DNA of 64,000 nucleotides from Arenicellales bacterium (lineage in GTDB: Bacteria > Pseudomonadota > Gammaproteobacteria > Arenicellales > JAJDZL01), in assembly GCA_965200425.1 (NCBI GenBank), contig CBDAUA010000001.1, forward strand, positions 194,215 to 258,214, read 5' to 3'. Below are positions 46,217 to 56,891 of this stretch, in pieces. Positions within the stretch are counted from its first letter, which is position 1. Every line of letters begins with the position of its first letter. The notes beneath the pieces are model-generated. The model saw nothing but the letters and a program-made list of their open reading frames with translations, ran no database searches and was not told the DNA's origin. A program made the position numbers and the translations under genes.

Positions 46217-47029
46217 CTACACTTTAGAGCGTTTCGCCAGCTGAACACCACCTCTACGGACGAACTCAGCAAAGAAAATCACTATTGTGGACACAACGAC
46301 AATGATTGCCCCCAACGCCAAAACGGAGGGTAGTTTATCCGGAAAACGAAGCTGACTCCATATATGAACAGGCAAGGTCGCATCAGTTCCAGCGAGAAAA
46401 AATGCAAGCACAAATTCATCAAATGAGATTGTAAATGTAAGCAAGATACTAGCAACAATTCCCGGCTTGATAATCGGGAAAGTGACTCGCCAGAAAGTTC
46501 CCCACGCGTTTTCACCTAGATCTTGTGCAGCCTCTTCGAGACTACCGTCAAATCCCTCCATTCTAGATATCAAGACCAACATTGCAAATGGCGTACACAA
46601 CATAAGATGTCCGATCGCCACAGTAATCAACGACAACCTAATTTCACTAACACTGAATGTCATCAGAAGTGAAATTCCCAATATAATTTCAGGAATGACC
46701 AAGGGCACCATGATGACCCCTACAATGAAACCGCTTCTTTTGATTCGATATCGAGTCACTGCTTTTGCGGCGAAAATTCCTAAAATCGTACTGATAATCG
46801 CAACCGAAATTCCTACCTTGACACTATTCCAAAGTGCGTTTTGTGAACCATGGCTATCGGCCAATTGTTCATACCATTGAAGGGTAAAGCCTTCAAGTGG
46901 AAATTTTATGTATTGTGAATCATTGAAGGAGAACAACGGCAAAACTGCGACAGGAAGATACAAAAAGATCAGATACAGTACAGCGTATACACCGAGGCTA
47001 TTGAATTTTCGATTGGTCAATGTCGTCAA
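46217..47029 (-). CDS. ABC transporter permease (PotC-like)
   Basis: 270 aa, 6-TM pattern, EAA-loop-like EEAAQDLGENAWGTFWRVTFP. Confidence 0.8.
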   Translation of the reverse strand: MTTLTNRKFNSLGVYAVLYLIFLYLPVAVLPLFSFNDSQYIKFPLEGFTLQWYEQLADSHGSQNALWNSVKVGISVAIISTILGIFAAKAVTRYRIKRSGFIVGVIMVPLVIPEIILGISLLMTFSVSEIRLSLITVAIGHLMLCTPFAMLVLISRMEGFDGSLEEAAQDLGENAWGTFWRVTFPIIKPGIVASILLTFTISFDEFVLAFFLAGTDATLPVHIWSQLRFPDKLPSVLALGAIIVVVSTIVIFFAEFVRRGGVQLAKRSKV

Positions 47030-47030
47030 A

Positions 47031-47945
47031 CTAACTTACCTTCTTTCGGAAAAATTTGAACCCACCTAACAAAATACAAACTGCTAGAGTTACCGTCAAC
47101 ATCGAAATTATCGACAGCGCTGCTCCAAGTGGCCAATTCAGTGCCTTGCCAAACATCGATTGAATGATATTGCCAATCATTAATCCACGTGGACCTCCGA
47201 CAAGTGCGGGTGTAACGTAGTCACCCACTGTTGGAATAAAGACGAGCAAACAAGCAGCTATCACGCCAGGTAGGGATAGCGGCAAGGTTACTCGAATAAA
47301 GGTCATCATCGCGGATTCGCCTAGATCGCGAGCTGCGTCAATTAACGAACGGTCAATTTTTTCCAACGAAACGTAAATTGGCAAAATTGCAACCGCAGCC
47401 CAAGCGTGAGCTAAAGTAATGACTACAGCAAATGGGTTGTACAACAGAAATTCGAGTGGTGCTGAAATTAGACCAAGCGATTCAAGCCCGGAATTGACTA
47501 GTCCGTTGTATCCAAGAATCACTTTCCAAGAAAACACTCTCAACAGATAACTGGTCCAAAATGGAACAGTTACCAAGATGATCCACATGATCTTGTTTTT
47601 CTTGACGTGAAAAGCAATGAAATAAGCCAGTGGATATGCAAGAACGACAGTTGCCAGCATGACAAAGGCGGATATCTTTATTGATCGATATAGGATCAGA
47701 TAGTAAATTTTCTTCTCGAAAAATGTTACGTAATTCGTCAGAGTAAAGGTTTGCACCACAGTGACGTATTCTTGCTTCCAGAAGCTGAGAGTAAAGAGAA
47801 TCAGAAGAGGAAAAAACAGCCCAAGTAAAATAATCAGCAGTGTCGGAGAAAGCAGTGAAAACCCGCGAAGAAACTCACTCTTTCGAAACTTTATTCGAAC
47901 TTTGTCTAAAAAAGATAGCTGATTGGCGAGTGATAGACTGTTCAC
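47031..47945 (-). CDS. ABC transporter permease (PotB-like)
   Basis: 304 aa, 6-TM pattern, EAA-loop-like IDAARDLGESAMMTFIRVTLP. Confidence 0.8.
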   Translation of the reverse strand: MNSLSLANQLSFLDKVRIKFRKSEFLRGFSLLSPTLLIILLGLFFPLLILFTLSFWKQEYVTVVQTFTLTNYVTFFEKKIYYLILYRSIKISAFVMLATVVLAYPLAYFIAFHVKKNKIMWIILVTVPFWTSYLLRVFSWKVILGYNGLVNSGLESLGLISAPLEFLLYNPFAVVITLAHAWAAVAILPIYVSLEKIDRSLIDAARDLGESAMMTFIRVTLPLSLPGVIAACLLVFIPTVGDYVTPALVGGPRGLMIGNIIQSMFGKALNWPLGAALSIISMLTVTLAVCILLGGFKFFRKKVS

Positions 47946-48110
47946 AAGTTACGATGAATGACTACCAATATGAACTGCTTTTGGTACAAGACTGAGCTGT
48001 GATCCTTGATGCTTATACAAAGTTAGGGATGCTTAATAGTTTTAGCCCCCCCCCTCTTTGATATCAACTTGTGAACTGAAGGTAAAGCTGTGCGTAATTG
48101 ATGAAGTGAT

Positions 48111-49247
48111 TTACAATCCCGCTTTTACTTCTTCAAACATTGCTTGTAGAACTGGTTCGTTCTTGATAGCAACTTGGAAGATTCCTTGACTGAGTAGTGC
48201 ACTCGGATCTTTTGACAAGCCCCGTTCGGCAAGAACTGATTCTTCTACTAGGTCAAAAGCTTTAAGATTGGCGTGTCCATAACCTTTGTCAATAATTTCA
48301 AATACACCAGACTCTGGGCTTAAGAAAGCATCAATTACATCATAGCTTTTATCGATTTTCGCTGGATCTGCATCCGCCAACAAGCAAAATCCACATACCC
48401 AAGTCATTGCACCTTCTTTTGGCGACATGTATTTGACATTGTGGCCAGCATTTTTCAAAGCGGTAAAGGCATCGTTCCAAGCACTCGTGGCAACAAGCTC
48501 ACCAGCGGCCATAGAATTTTCGATGTCTGTTGGGCTAGACCAATAGTAGCGCAATAGGGGAAGCTGCTTACGCATTAGTTCTCTCGTTACATCAACTTCA
48601 GCATCCGTCATGTTGAAAGGATCTTTAGCACCACCATAAATTGCTGCCACCATAACACCGTCGACTAAGCTGTCTGACATCGACAACCTTCCAGCGTATC
48701 TCTCATCCCAAAGAATACCCCAAGTTTCTTCTTCCTGGTATTTCTCATCGACTAAATCGGGCCGATACATTACCGAAGTATTGCCCCAATCTGCAGCAAC
48801 AAACCAAATTTCATTTCCAACATTCATGCCTGGAATGTCCTTTAGAGCATCAATCATATCTGGATAATGACTCAGGCGACTGGTATCGATTGGTTGCAAA
48901 ATACCAGCATCACGCCACAATTCTACTTTGTAGGTGCAAGGATGAATAACATCATATTTTGCTCCTGCCATGATTTTGGCAAATACTTCTTCTTCATCAC
49001 CGAAGATTGCGAAATTCGGGTATTCTCCGTATTTTTCAAAATATTGTCCATGGTGTTCATTTGCATCCCAACCTTCCCAAGTAAACACATTGGGATGATC
49101 TTCTGCAGCAGCATTGGCTACGCCAGGCATCAGTGGTAGTGTGATTGTGGCTACACCCATAGATGCCAGTAGACTGGTAAATTGACGACGAGACATTTGA
49201 CCCGTTGATAGCAATTCAACGTAATTGTCTTTGTTGTATTTTTTCAT
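48111..49247 (-). CDS. Family-1 extracellular solute-binding protein (PotD/PotF-like) with twin-arginine signal peptide
   Basis: ATG at 49247 preceded by GGAG. N-terminus MKKYNKDNYVELLSTGQMSRRQFTSLLASMGVATITLPLMPGVANA carries an SRRxF Tat motif, an h-region and an AxA cleavage site. Confidence 0.75.
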   Translation of the reverse strand: MKKYNKDNYVELLSTGQMSRRQFTSLLASMGVATITLPLMPGVANAAAEDHPNVFTWEGWDANEHHGQYFEKYGEYPNFAIFGDEEEVFAKIMAGAKYDVIHPCTYKVELWRDAGILQPIDTSRLSHYPDMIDALKDIPGMNVGNEIWFVAADWGNTSVMYRPDLVDEKYQEEETWGILWDERYAGRLSMSDSLVDGVMVAAIYGGAKDPFNMTDAEVDVTRELMRKQLPLLRYYWSSPTDIENSMAAGELVATSAWNDAFTALKNAGHNVKYMSPKEGAMTWVCGFCLLADADPAKIDKSYDVIDAFLSPESGVFEIIDKGYGHANLKAFDLVEESVLAERGLSKDPSALLSQGIFQVAIKNEPVLQAMFEEVKAGL

Positions 49248-49789
49248 ACTGAAAATCTCCATTCCGATATCAAGAACATTCGTTTCGATTTTATCAAAGT
49301 ACAAAACAATCAGATTCAACAATTGATGCAAATGTATGAGGCTGTACACATTGAATTTAACATTGTCAAAGGTAGTAGATGGATAATCAAAGTCTCTGTC
49401 CGAAATTCGCGTAAGGAAATTTAATTTGTATAATTGAATATCGTTGTAATAGTTCTGCGATAAAAAACAGAAAAATTTAATTTAGTATCGATAAACGATT
49501 CCTACACTAGGCGAAAATAACCGTACAATCCAAGCTCGCCTATAAAAACACTTTAGCCATAAGACATCTTTCCCCTATGGCCAGGATGAAACTCTTTTGT
49601 TCCTCTAAATCGAAGTGTAAATTGAGCGAAGTTTTCGTCATTGTTGAATAATTTGAAATCAGATTTACACAATGACGCACACGGTCGACACTCAAAAAAG
49701 AAAAACGAAGCATTGCTATAAGAGACTTTTTCGCAAAATTATTGATTACGAAGCAAAGCTAAACATAGGTTCATATTGGAGAGTGATTT

Positions 49790-51031
49790 ATGAGTAAAGC
49801 ATTGGAAGGGGTCCGTATTTTGGACATGACTCACGTTCAATCCGGTCCGACGTGTACACAACTGCTCGCGTGGTTTGGGGCAGATGTCATTAAAGTCGAA
49901 AGAGCCGGATTTGGAGACGCTACACGAGGACAGCTGAGAGACATTCCTGATGCTGATAGCTTGTACTTCACAATGCTCAATCACAATAAACGTTCCATTA
50001 CCTTAAACACTAAGAATACTGAAGGTAAAAAAATATTCGAACGACTTATTCGTACTTGCGATGTCTTAGTTGAAAATTTTGCGCCAGGCGCAATTGATCG
50101 CATGGGTTTTCCGTGGGAAAAGATTCAAGAGCTCAATCCGAAAATGATCTATGCGTCCATAAAAGGATTTGGTCGCGGGCCCTATCAGGATTGCAAAGTA
50201 TATGAGAATGTCGCGCAGTGTACTGGAGGCTCCGCAACCACTACAGGATTTGATGATGGACCACCCACGGTAACTGGCGCTCAGATCGGTGACAGTGGAA
50301 CTGGCCTCCATCTCGCAATTGGAATTCTCGCGGCACTTTTTCACCGCGAACAAACTGGTGAAGGACAACGAGTCGAGTGTGCGATGCAAGATTCGGTAAT
50401 GAATTTGTGTCGTGTCAAGTTTAGGGATCAACAAAGGCTTGCGCATGGTCCACTAACAGAATATCCACAATATCCGAATGGCAATTTTGGTAGTTCTGTA
50501 CCTCGTAGCGGCAATGCGTCGGGTGGTGGACAACCAGGCTGGGCACTGCGTACAGCACCCGGTGGTCCCGACGACTACGTTTATGTCATCATTCAACCAC
50601 CTAGTTGGGCCCATTTAATGCGAGTCATAGGCCGTGAAGAACTCATTGATGATCCCGCATGGGCGACACCTCAAGCACGTCTGCCAAAGCTAGACAAATG
50701 TTTTGAGATGATTGAAGAGTGGACGATGACGAAAACCAAGTTCGAGGTCATGGCAACTTTGAATCCTCTCAACGTACCCTGCGGCCCAATCCTTTCGATT
50801 GAAGAACTCATTAACGAACAGTCCTTGATGGATACGAATACCGTTGTGGAAGTAAGTCACCCTGTTCGCGGTAGCTATAAGTCAATTGGAAATCCGATCA
50901 AACTGTCAGCATCACCCGCGAATGTCAAAAGATCACCTTTGCTCGGGGAACATACAGATGAAGTTCTTTCTTCAGTACTCGGATATGATGCGTCAGAAAT
51001 AGAAAATTTTAGAAAAGCAGGCGCAATCTAA
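49790..51031 (+). CDS. frc: Formyl-CoA transferase (family III CoA-transferase, Frc/YfdW-like)
   Basis: 413 aa. Long stretches match my recollection of Oxalobacter Frc: [95 protein letters not shown]. Confidence 0.8.
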   Translation: MSKALEGVRILDMTHVQSGPTCTQLLAWFGADVIKVERAGFGDATRGQLRDIPDADSLYFTMLNHNKRSITLNTKNTEGKKIFERLIRTCDVLVENFAPGAIDRMGFPWEKIQELNPKMIYASIKGFGRGPYQDCKVYENVAQCTGGSATTTGFDDGPPTVTGAQIGDSGTGLHLAIGILAALFHREQTGEGQRVECAMQDSVMNLCRVKFRDQQRLAHGPLTEYPQYPNGNFGSSVPRSGNASGGGQPGWALRTAPGGPDDYVYVIIQPPSWAHLMRVIGREELIDDPAWATPQARLPKLDKCFEMIEEWTMTKTKFEVMATLNPLNVPCGPILSIEELINEQSLMDTNTVVEVSHPVRGSYKSIGNPIKLSASPANVKRSPLLGEHTDEVLSSVLGYDASEIENFRKAGAI

Positions 51032-51276
51032 TTCCTGTACTTGGATGACTGGTGGCGTAATTGCAGAACCATAGTTTAGATAACACTTTCCATATAGATT
51101 TTTCACCCGGAGTTTCGAATTCACTGTCTTTCTTAGAGCTTCGATCTATAAAAAACTTCTCTTTGTTCGAGTAAATCATTCGAATCACGCAGATTTTAGC
51201 CAAGATCTCAGATCCGCAGAATTTACCGCGAATCATTTGCGACTAATTTGAATCAATCCATGCAGTAAATGAGTCA

Positions 51277-52593
51277 ATGAGAAAAAATAGCTATCTAGGG
51301 CAAGAAATTTCTCAAGCATTGACTCGGGTTGAGAATTTACAGCAGAAGTGCTGGAAAGTTCAACGTCGCTACGTAATGGAAAACTCTATTTTCTTTCAGC
51401 GGCATTGGAGTGGCATTGATGTTCCCAAAGATGTGAGTGATATACCTCAACTGCCTCTTTGTGACAAAGAGATGCTGAGAGACTCTCAACTCACTTCTCC
51501 TCCTTTCGGTGAATATTTGGCTGCCGATCATAGTGAAGTTGTTCGATTTCATCGAACATCTGGATCGACAGGGAAAGCAGTCAACATTGCACAAACCCAA
51601 TATGATGCGGAACAAACGGCGCGTGTGGGAAGTCGCAGCTTGAGTGCTGCTGGCCTCAAACCGAATGACGTAGTCATACACTGTTTAAATTATCAAATGT
51701 GGATGGGAGGAGTGACAGATCACATGTCTCTCGAGGCAGTAGGAGCAACTGTCATTCCATTCGGCGTAGGCAATACTAAGCTGTTAATTCAAACCGTACT
51801 TGAAGTTGGTGTTGATGCCATTCATTCAACTCCTTCTTATCCAGCGGTTCTCGAACAAAGTATTGCTCAAAATTTTCCAAATTTATCACCCCGTGACTTA
51901 GGACTAAGACTTGGACTGTTCGGCGGTGAAGCAGGTCTAGACAATACTGAATTTCGGCGGCGACTTGAAGAAACGTGGGGATACACTGTACGCAATGCGA
52001 ATTACGGAGTATCCGACGTGTTTAGCAATTTTGCTGGGCAATGTGAATATAAACACGACCTACATTTTTTCGGTGAAGATGTTCTCTATGCTGAATTAAT
52101 CGATCCAAGTACTCTAGAATCTATACCTTGGCAAGAAGGTAGTCAAGGAGAACTCGTGTTGACACATTTGGCTCGAAAAGCTCAACCATTGGTACGTTTC
52201 CGTACCAATGACTCCATAGTCATAACGGCAATGGGTGCATGTAAATGTGGGCGAACTACTCCTAGATTTCGAGTTCTGGGTCGAACCGATGACATGATTG
52301 TGATTCGAGGTGTCAATGTTTACCCAGCGCAAATTGGCGGAGTACTCAACGAATTTTCAAAACTGTCAGGAGAATTTCGAATTCGTTTGAAGGGGTCACC
52401 ACCTAACCATAAAGCCAAAGTGGTAGCCGAATTATCAGACCATGTGCTAGCTACCGAACAACTGACCGAACAGATCGAAAAAGCACTCAAATTTAGCCTA
52501 CGGGTTTCAATGCGAGTGCAGCTACTTCAACCGAATTCTTTGCCTCGCACAGAAGGTAAAACCCAGCATTTAATCCGACAAGATGAAACATGA
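51277..52593 (+). CDS. Phenylacetate-CoA ligase-like adenylate-forming enzyme (PaaK/F390-synthetase family)
   Basis: 438 aa. P-loop-like TSGSTGKA and a short two-domain PaaK-like layout. Its stop overlaps the next gene's start by 4 nt. Confidence 0.7.
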   Translation: MRKNSYLGQEISQALTRVENLQQKCWKVQRRYVMENSIFFQRHWSGIDVPKDVSDIPQLPLCDKEMLRDSQLTSPPFGEYLAADHSEVVRFHRTSGSTGKAVNIAQTQYDAEQTARVGSRSLSAAGLKPNDVVIHCLNYQMWMGGVTDHMSLEAVGATVIPFGVGNTKLLIQTVLEVGVDAIHSTPSYPAVLEQSIAQNFPNLSPRDLGLRLGLFGGEAGLDNTEFRRRLEETWGYTVRNANYGVSDVFSNFAGQCEYKHDLHFFGEDVLYAELIDPSTLESIPWQEGSQGELVLTHLARKAQPLVRFRTNDSIVITAMGACKCGRTTPRFRVLGRTDDMIVIRGVNVYPAQIGGVLNEFSKLSGEFRIRLKGSPPNHKAKVVAELSDHVLATEQLTEQIEKALKFSLRVSMRVQLLQPNSLPRTEGKTQHLIRQDET

Positions 52594-53345
52594 ACAAAAC
52601 TGTATTGAGCTCAATCAGCAATGAAGTTTGTACGATTACTTTAAATCGACCCAAACGACTTAATGCAATAAATTCCGAATTGTTATTTGAACTTCGAAAT
52701 GCGTTTGAATCTGCAAATTCAAATTCTGATGTCCGAACGATTGTCCTTCGAGGTGCAGGTCGTTCATTTTGCTCAGGTGATGACCTGAAAGATTTCCGAA
52801 ATCAAGCGAGATCTAAAGAAGAAGCTTATGCCTTCATAGAGTCGATACAAGATATCACGAGGCAAATCGTTTTAGGAGACAAGATTGTTATCGGTTGTAT
52901 TCATGGTTGGGCAGTTGGAGGAGGACTTGAGTGGGCGATCAATTGTGATTTTGCAGTTTTCGCTGACAATACTCGCTGCTTTTTCCCGGAACTAAAGTGG
53001 GGCATGTTTTTAACAGGTGGAGTAACTACATTACTACCCCGCATGGTGGGCTTAGTAAAGGCCAAAGAATTGATACTATTGGGCGAAGTATTCGATGCCT
53101 ATTCTGCCAAGAAGATGGGGTTGGCTTGGAAAGTCGTGTCTGAATCGAAGACGTATGATGTCGCACACTCGACCGCCGAGCGTATCGCAAAATTACCAAA
53201 ACAATCTGTTTTGACACTCAAAAGCGTGATGAACAAAACTCCGCTACTTGATCTTGAAGAAACGATGAACCTAGAAACTGAAGCTACAGTAGCTAGTTTT
53301 CTCGATCCTGAAACATTGGGACGAGTAAGAAAATTTGATTCCTAA
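52590..53345 (+). CDS. Enoyl-CoA hydratase/isomerase (crotonase) family protein
   Basis: 251 aa. ITLNRPKRLNAI, GAGRSFCSGDDL, GWAVGGGLEWAINCD. Confidence 0.8.
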   Translation: MNKTVLSSISNEVCTITLNRPKRLNAINSELLFELRNAFESANSNSDVRTIVLRGAGRSFCSGDDLKDFRNQARSKEEAYAFIESIQDITRQIVLGDKIVIGCIHGWAVGGGLEWAINCDFAVFADNTRCFFPELKWGMFLTGGVTTLLPRMVGLVKAKELILLGEVFDAYSAKKMGLAWKVVSESKTYDVAHSTAERIAKLPKQSVLTLKSVMNKTPLLDLEETMNLETEATVASFLDPETLGRVRKFDS

Positions 53346-53537
53346 TTTTTTTTGGTTAGATTCGATTGAGAAGAAATCTTGATTTGTTACAAGTCTTTGG
53401 CTCGCTCAATCTAAGCTATGCCGCACTCGCGCTACCATTCACATGTAACTATTGCGCACAATTATAATTGCACTGTATTAGCAACCAACAATAAACCAGT
53501 TTCATAATATCAGCGTCCGATAGATTTTTATTTTCCT

Positions 53538-53629
<92 letters not shown>

Positions 53630-53875
53630 AATGTTTTTTCGATATTTATCCTCGAAGTGGCATCGAACAAAGTAATTTGCAAAGAGAAGTACGTAAAATT
53701 ACCAGAAATTAATCAGAACATCCTAAATTATTTACGTAATCTAACAAGAGGCTAACAGAATTGATTTCCATCTTAAACAAATGGTCCTACCGCTGAATGA
53801 CAATAGGTAGTAAATTCCTGTTAGAGACGGTCTGAATATAATTTTCCTTCGCATAGAAACTTAGTACCTTTTTTC

Positions 53876-54658
53876 GTGCAAAAATTAACATCGTTGAATT
53901 CTAAATCATTTTCGTGGAGTTCTGTCTGGAGATTTACTAAATATGCTCTAGCTCACATGACTCGCTTGGTTTCTACTTCACCACGAGACATTCGTGACAG
54001 TGAAATCGAGCAATCGTTACTCTGCCATCCGCTTGTCGGCTTGATCGTTGGCATCATTGTTCTCTTACCGCAATACGTCTTACAAGTTATCGAACCAGCC
54101 CTGGTTGCCGCAGCATTGCTGCTCCTTTGGTTCTGGCTTTCTAGTTCAGTTCATATCTCTGGCTATTTAAGAACTGTAAGGAACTGGTTTGAAGCGAGCA
54201 GAAGGCCTTCTTCCAGTTTTGGAGGATCAGGGCAAGATGCAAAGTTAAGTTGGATTCCTACGACAGCAATTGTGTTATTGATGCTAATTAAGTACTCTGC
54301 ACTTGTTCAAGCTTCTGCAACACAAAATTTCGGAGCCATCTTAATTGCTTGTGTACTCGCAAGGACGGTACCTGTGGGACTCTTTGGGTTCGTCTCCTAT
54401 GATTCGCAATCAAAATTCGCTGGGCTAACAAAGATCAATACTTCAACGCGGACTTCATACATTTTTATTGCAATTGCCTGCGTGTTTACTCTCTTGCTAG
54501 CTCAATTGTGGGCAGTCGCTATCCTCTTAGTCTGCGCAGTGGCTGCGTATTTGGTTTACTTCAAATCAGCGCAATCAAACAAGAAAATTTCTGGTGATAA
54601 TTGCAGTGCAATAATCGAAAGTTTCGAAGCATTGGTTTTGTGGGTGGCCGTAATCTGA
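53876..54658 (+). CDS. CobS-like (adenosylcobinamide-GDP ribazoletransferase family) membrane protein, divergent
   Basis: 260 aa, multi-TM. HMTRLVS, HPLVGLIVG and the C-terminal SGDNCSAIIESFE parallel my recollection of CobS blocks (LTRLP; FPLVG; GDxxGAxxExxE). The central block expected to read H-x-DG-x-AD-x-x-DG reads VHISGYLRTVRNW. Confidence 0.45.
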   Translation: MQKLTSLNSKSFSWSSVWRFTKYALAHMTRLVSTSPRDIRDSEIEQSLLCHPLVGLIVGIIVLLPQYVLQVIEPALVAAALLLLWFWLSSSVHISGYLRTVRNWFEASRRPSSSFGGSGQDAKLSWIPTTAIVLLMLIKYSALVQASATQNFGAILIACVLARTVPVGLFGFVSYDSQSKFAGLTKINTSTRTSYIFIAIACVFTLLLAQLWAVAILLVCAVAAYLVYFKSAQSNKKISGDNCSAIIESFEALVLWVAVI

Positions 54659-54694
54659 ACAAATCGAGCCACCATAGATTCGCTACTAAAATAT

Positions 54695-54785
54695 TGGCGG
54701 AGAGGGTGGGATTCGAACCCACGTGGAGCTAATGCCCCCAACGGATTTCGAGTCCGCGCCGTTATGGCCACTTCGGTACCTCTCC
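54695..54785 (-). tRNA. tRNA-Ser (anticodon CGA)
   Basis: 91 nt on the minus strand: GGAGAGGTACCGAAGTGGCC...GCGGA-CTCGAAA-TCCGT...GGTTCGAATCCCACCCTCTCCGCCA. Long variable arm and an encoded CCA. Confidence 0.9.
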
Positions 54786-54831
54786 CTAAAAATACGGGGG
54801 TCTATAATGCCATTTTATAAGAAATTGCAAA

Positions 54832-55338
54832 TCATCTACTAACTTGGAGAATTGATTTGTCTTTCCGAGCTGGCTTTACACGCTTCTTTCGAAAGTAATT
54901 CTGAATCACTACTCTACAATCGTCCTCTAGTACAGCGGGAATGACGTCACATCGATGGTTCAGATGATTGTTATCGAGCACGTTGATAACTGAGCCGGCT
55001 GCACCAGATTTAATATCTGCTGCTCCATAAACTACGGTACTCAGCCGCGCTTGAACGATGGCTCCTGCACACATAGCACAAGGTTCAATTGTCACATACA
55101 AGTTCGCTGCAGGCATTCGATGATTTCCGAGTCGGAATGCAGCGTTTCTTAAAGCAATTATTTCGGCATGCGCCGTAGGATCGCAGTTCGTTATTGTTCT
55201 GTTAAAGCCCTCTCCAACAATTTCATTGTCAACCGTCACCACTGCACCGACGGGAACCTCATCGATTTCAAGCGCAAATTGCGTTAGTCTTAACGCATGT
55301 CGCATCCATCGTTCATGCTCTTGTTGAGGAATGTTCAT
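54832..55338 (-). CDS. tadA: tRNA adenosine(34) deaminase
   Basis: 168 aa. Zinc-binding motifs HAE (TAHAEIIALR) and PCAMCAGAI. Typical TadA length. Confidence 0.9.
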   Translation of the reverse strand: MNIPQQEHERWMRHALRLTQFALEIDEVPVGAVVTVDNEIVGEGFNRTITNCDPTAHAEIIALRNAAFRLGNHRMPAANLYVTIEPCAMCAGAIVQARLSTVVYGAADIKSGAAGSVINVLDNNHLNHRCDVIPAVLEDDCRVVIQNYFRKKRVKPARKDKSILQVSR

Positions 55339-55395
55339 GGCTGAATTCTGAATTCAACGTTTCATACGATGATTTAGTTTCCCTAAATTCGAATC

Positions 55396-56298
55396 TTAAG
55401 TGCGGTACCATAGAATTGGAAACCAATCTTCTCGCATTCGATCACCTGGCTTCAACCCCATATCTCCGAGTGGAGGCGAGGTTTCGATATTCCTTTCGCA
55501 ATAGACAACGTCATCTCCAAGCCATCGGGTAGAAAAAGCACGACGGCGATTCTTCACTTCATCGGCGTTTGTACCATGCACCGTTCGAAAATCAAATGCG
55601 ATGCAATCACCTGATTCCAAGTTCCAATTGAGAAATTCAAATTCTGTAGAATTCGCTGCAACATCAGGTACTGACTCTAAATACTCGCCTTCCGCTTCAA
55701 AGTTGGTACCTTCTTCGAACCCGACTGGATGAAAGAGTTTACCCCACAGATGTGAACCCTTTATGAACCTGACTGCTATATTTGCGGGAGCAGCATCAAG
55801 TGCAACATATAGACTTACGGTTTGCGTTCCATCCACGCAGTAGTAGGGCAAATCCTGATGCCAAGGAGTCTCTCGTTGTGTTCCAGGTTCTTTACAAAAA
55901 GCGTGCTCGTGAAAAAACTGTGCTTTATCTGTCTTCATCAATTGACCAGCCAAGGATGCAGCACAGGATTGAGTTACATAATCCCAATATTCTGAGATCA
56001 ATAGCCAATTGCAATAGCTATCAAAAAATCGACCTGGCTTGCCTTCTGGATTACTCTCGCAAGGAAAAGCGTAGTCATTCGGAGCATCTAAATTTTTTTG
56101 TAAGCCTCGTCTAAGCGGTTCAACCCAATCTTGAAACACTCCTCGAATGAGTACCGCTCCATCTTCGTGATAAGCATCGACGAGTTCCTTTGAAACAGAC
56201 CAAGATGGAATTGTCGAAAGATCAACCATTGGGACACCATTTGGTTTCCAATCTACTGTGACTTGGTTCCCGGCTTGTACTTGCTCTACAGTACTCAT
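55396..56298 (-). CDS. Phytanoyl-CoA dioxygenase (PhyH) family Fe(II)/2-oxoglutarate dioxygenase, second copy
   Basis: ATG at 56298 preferred (MSTVEQVQ...). HxD in PWHQDLPYY and a distal His in FRTVHGT. Confidence 0.75.
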   Translation of the reverse strand: MSTVEQVQAGNQVTVDWKPNGVPMVDLSTIPSWSVSKELVDAYHEDGAVLIRGVFQDWVEPLRRGLQKNLDAPNDYAFPCESNPEGKPGRFFDSYCNWLLISEYWDYVTQSCAASLAGQLMKTDKAQFFHEHAFCKEPGTQRETPWHQDLPYYCVDGTQTVSLYVALDAAPANIAVRFIKGSHLWGKLFHPVGFEEGTNFEAEGEYLESVPDVAANSTEFEFLNWNLESGDCIAFDFRTVHGTNADEVKNRRRAFSTRWLGDDVVYCERNIETSPPLGDMGLKPGDRMREDWFPILWYRT

Positions 56299-56891
56299 GA
56301 ATTCAATTGTACTCCTAATAATATTTCGGTGAGGCGTATGATTATAGTCATTATAATTCAATAATATCAATTAATTAGATAGTAACAACTAGTCGACTAT
56401 ATGACCAGACTCGATCTACCTGAACAAATCACTATAACATGTCGATAATTAGTCATTTACTGACTACAAGGCTGATTTTTGAGCTTTTGTAGCCCATTCA
56501 TTCCTCCAGTTTCTGAGATCCCTCTTGCAAAACCGATTATTACCTTAAATCCTAGTTCGAACAAAGCGTTCGCCTAAACTATTGAACTCCTTCTCATCGT
56601 GAAAACTTCTCAGCAATAGTCGAATTTAATCGAGAGTAATTTCTAATTCAACTGAATGTTATAATTGGGTATCATCGTTCTGATGAGTTTGATGGTGTGA
56701 ATTGGACCCAGCAGTCACAAATGCTTTCACCCATTGGGTGATTTCGTGAAGTTTCCTAACTTTTCGTACTATTGGAATCCCCTTCAATTTAGATCCCTAT
56801 CTAGAATAGTTGCTCTGAATTTGGCATCATTGTAAAAATGTATAATTGAATAGTATCTTTCCAACTCTTTTCACAACTTACTCCCCAAATC

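Noticed and set aside
46467-46880. 137-aa plus-strand ORF within the PotC-like permease gene, and the 120-aa ORF at 45971-46333
   Set aside because: They are antisense to ABC transporter genes with clear motifs. Their composition reflects the complement of hydrophobic codons.
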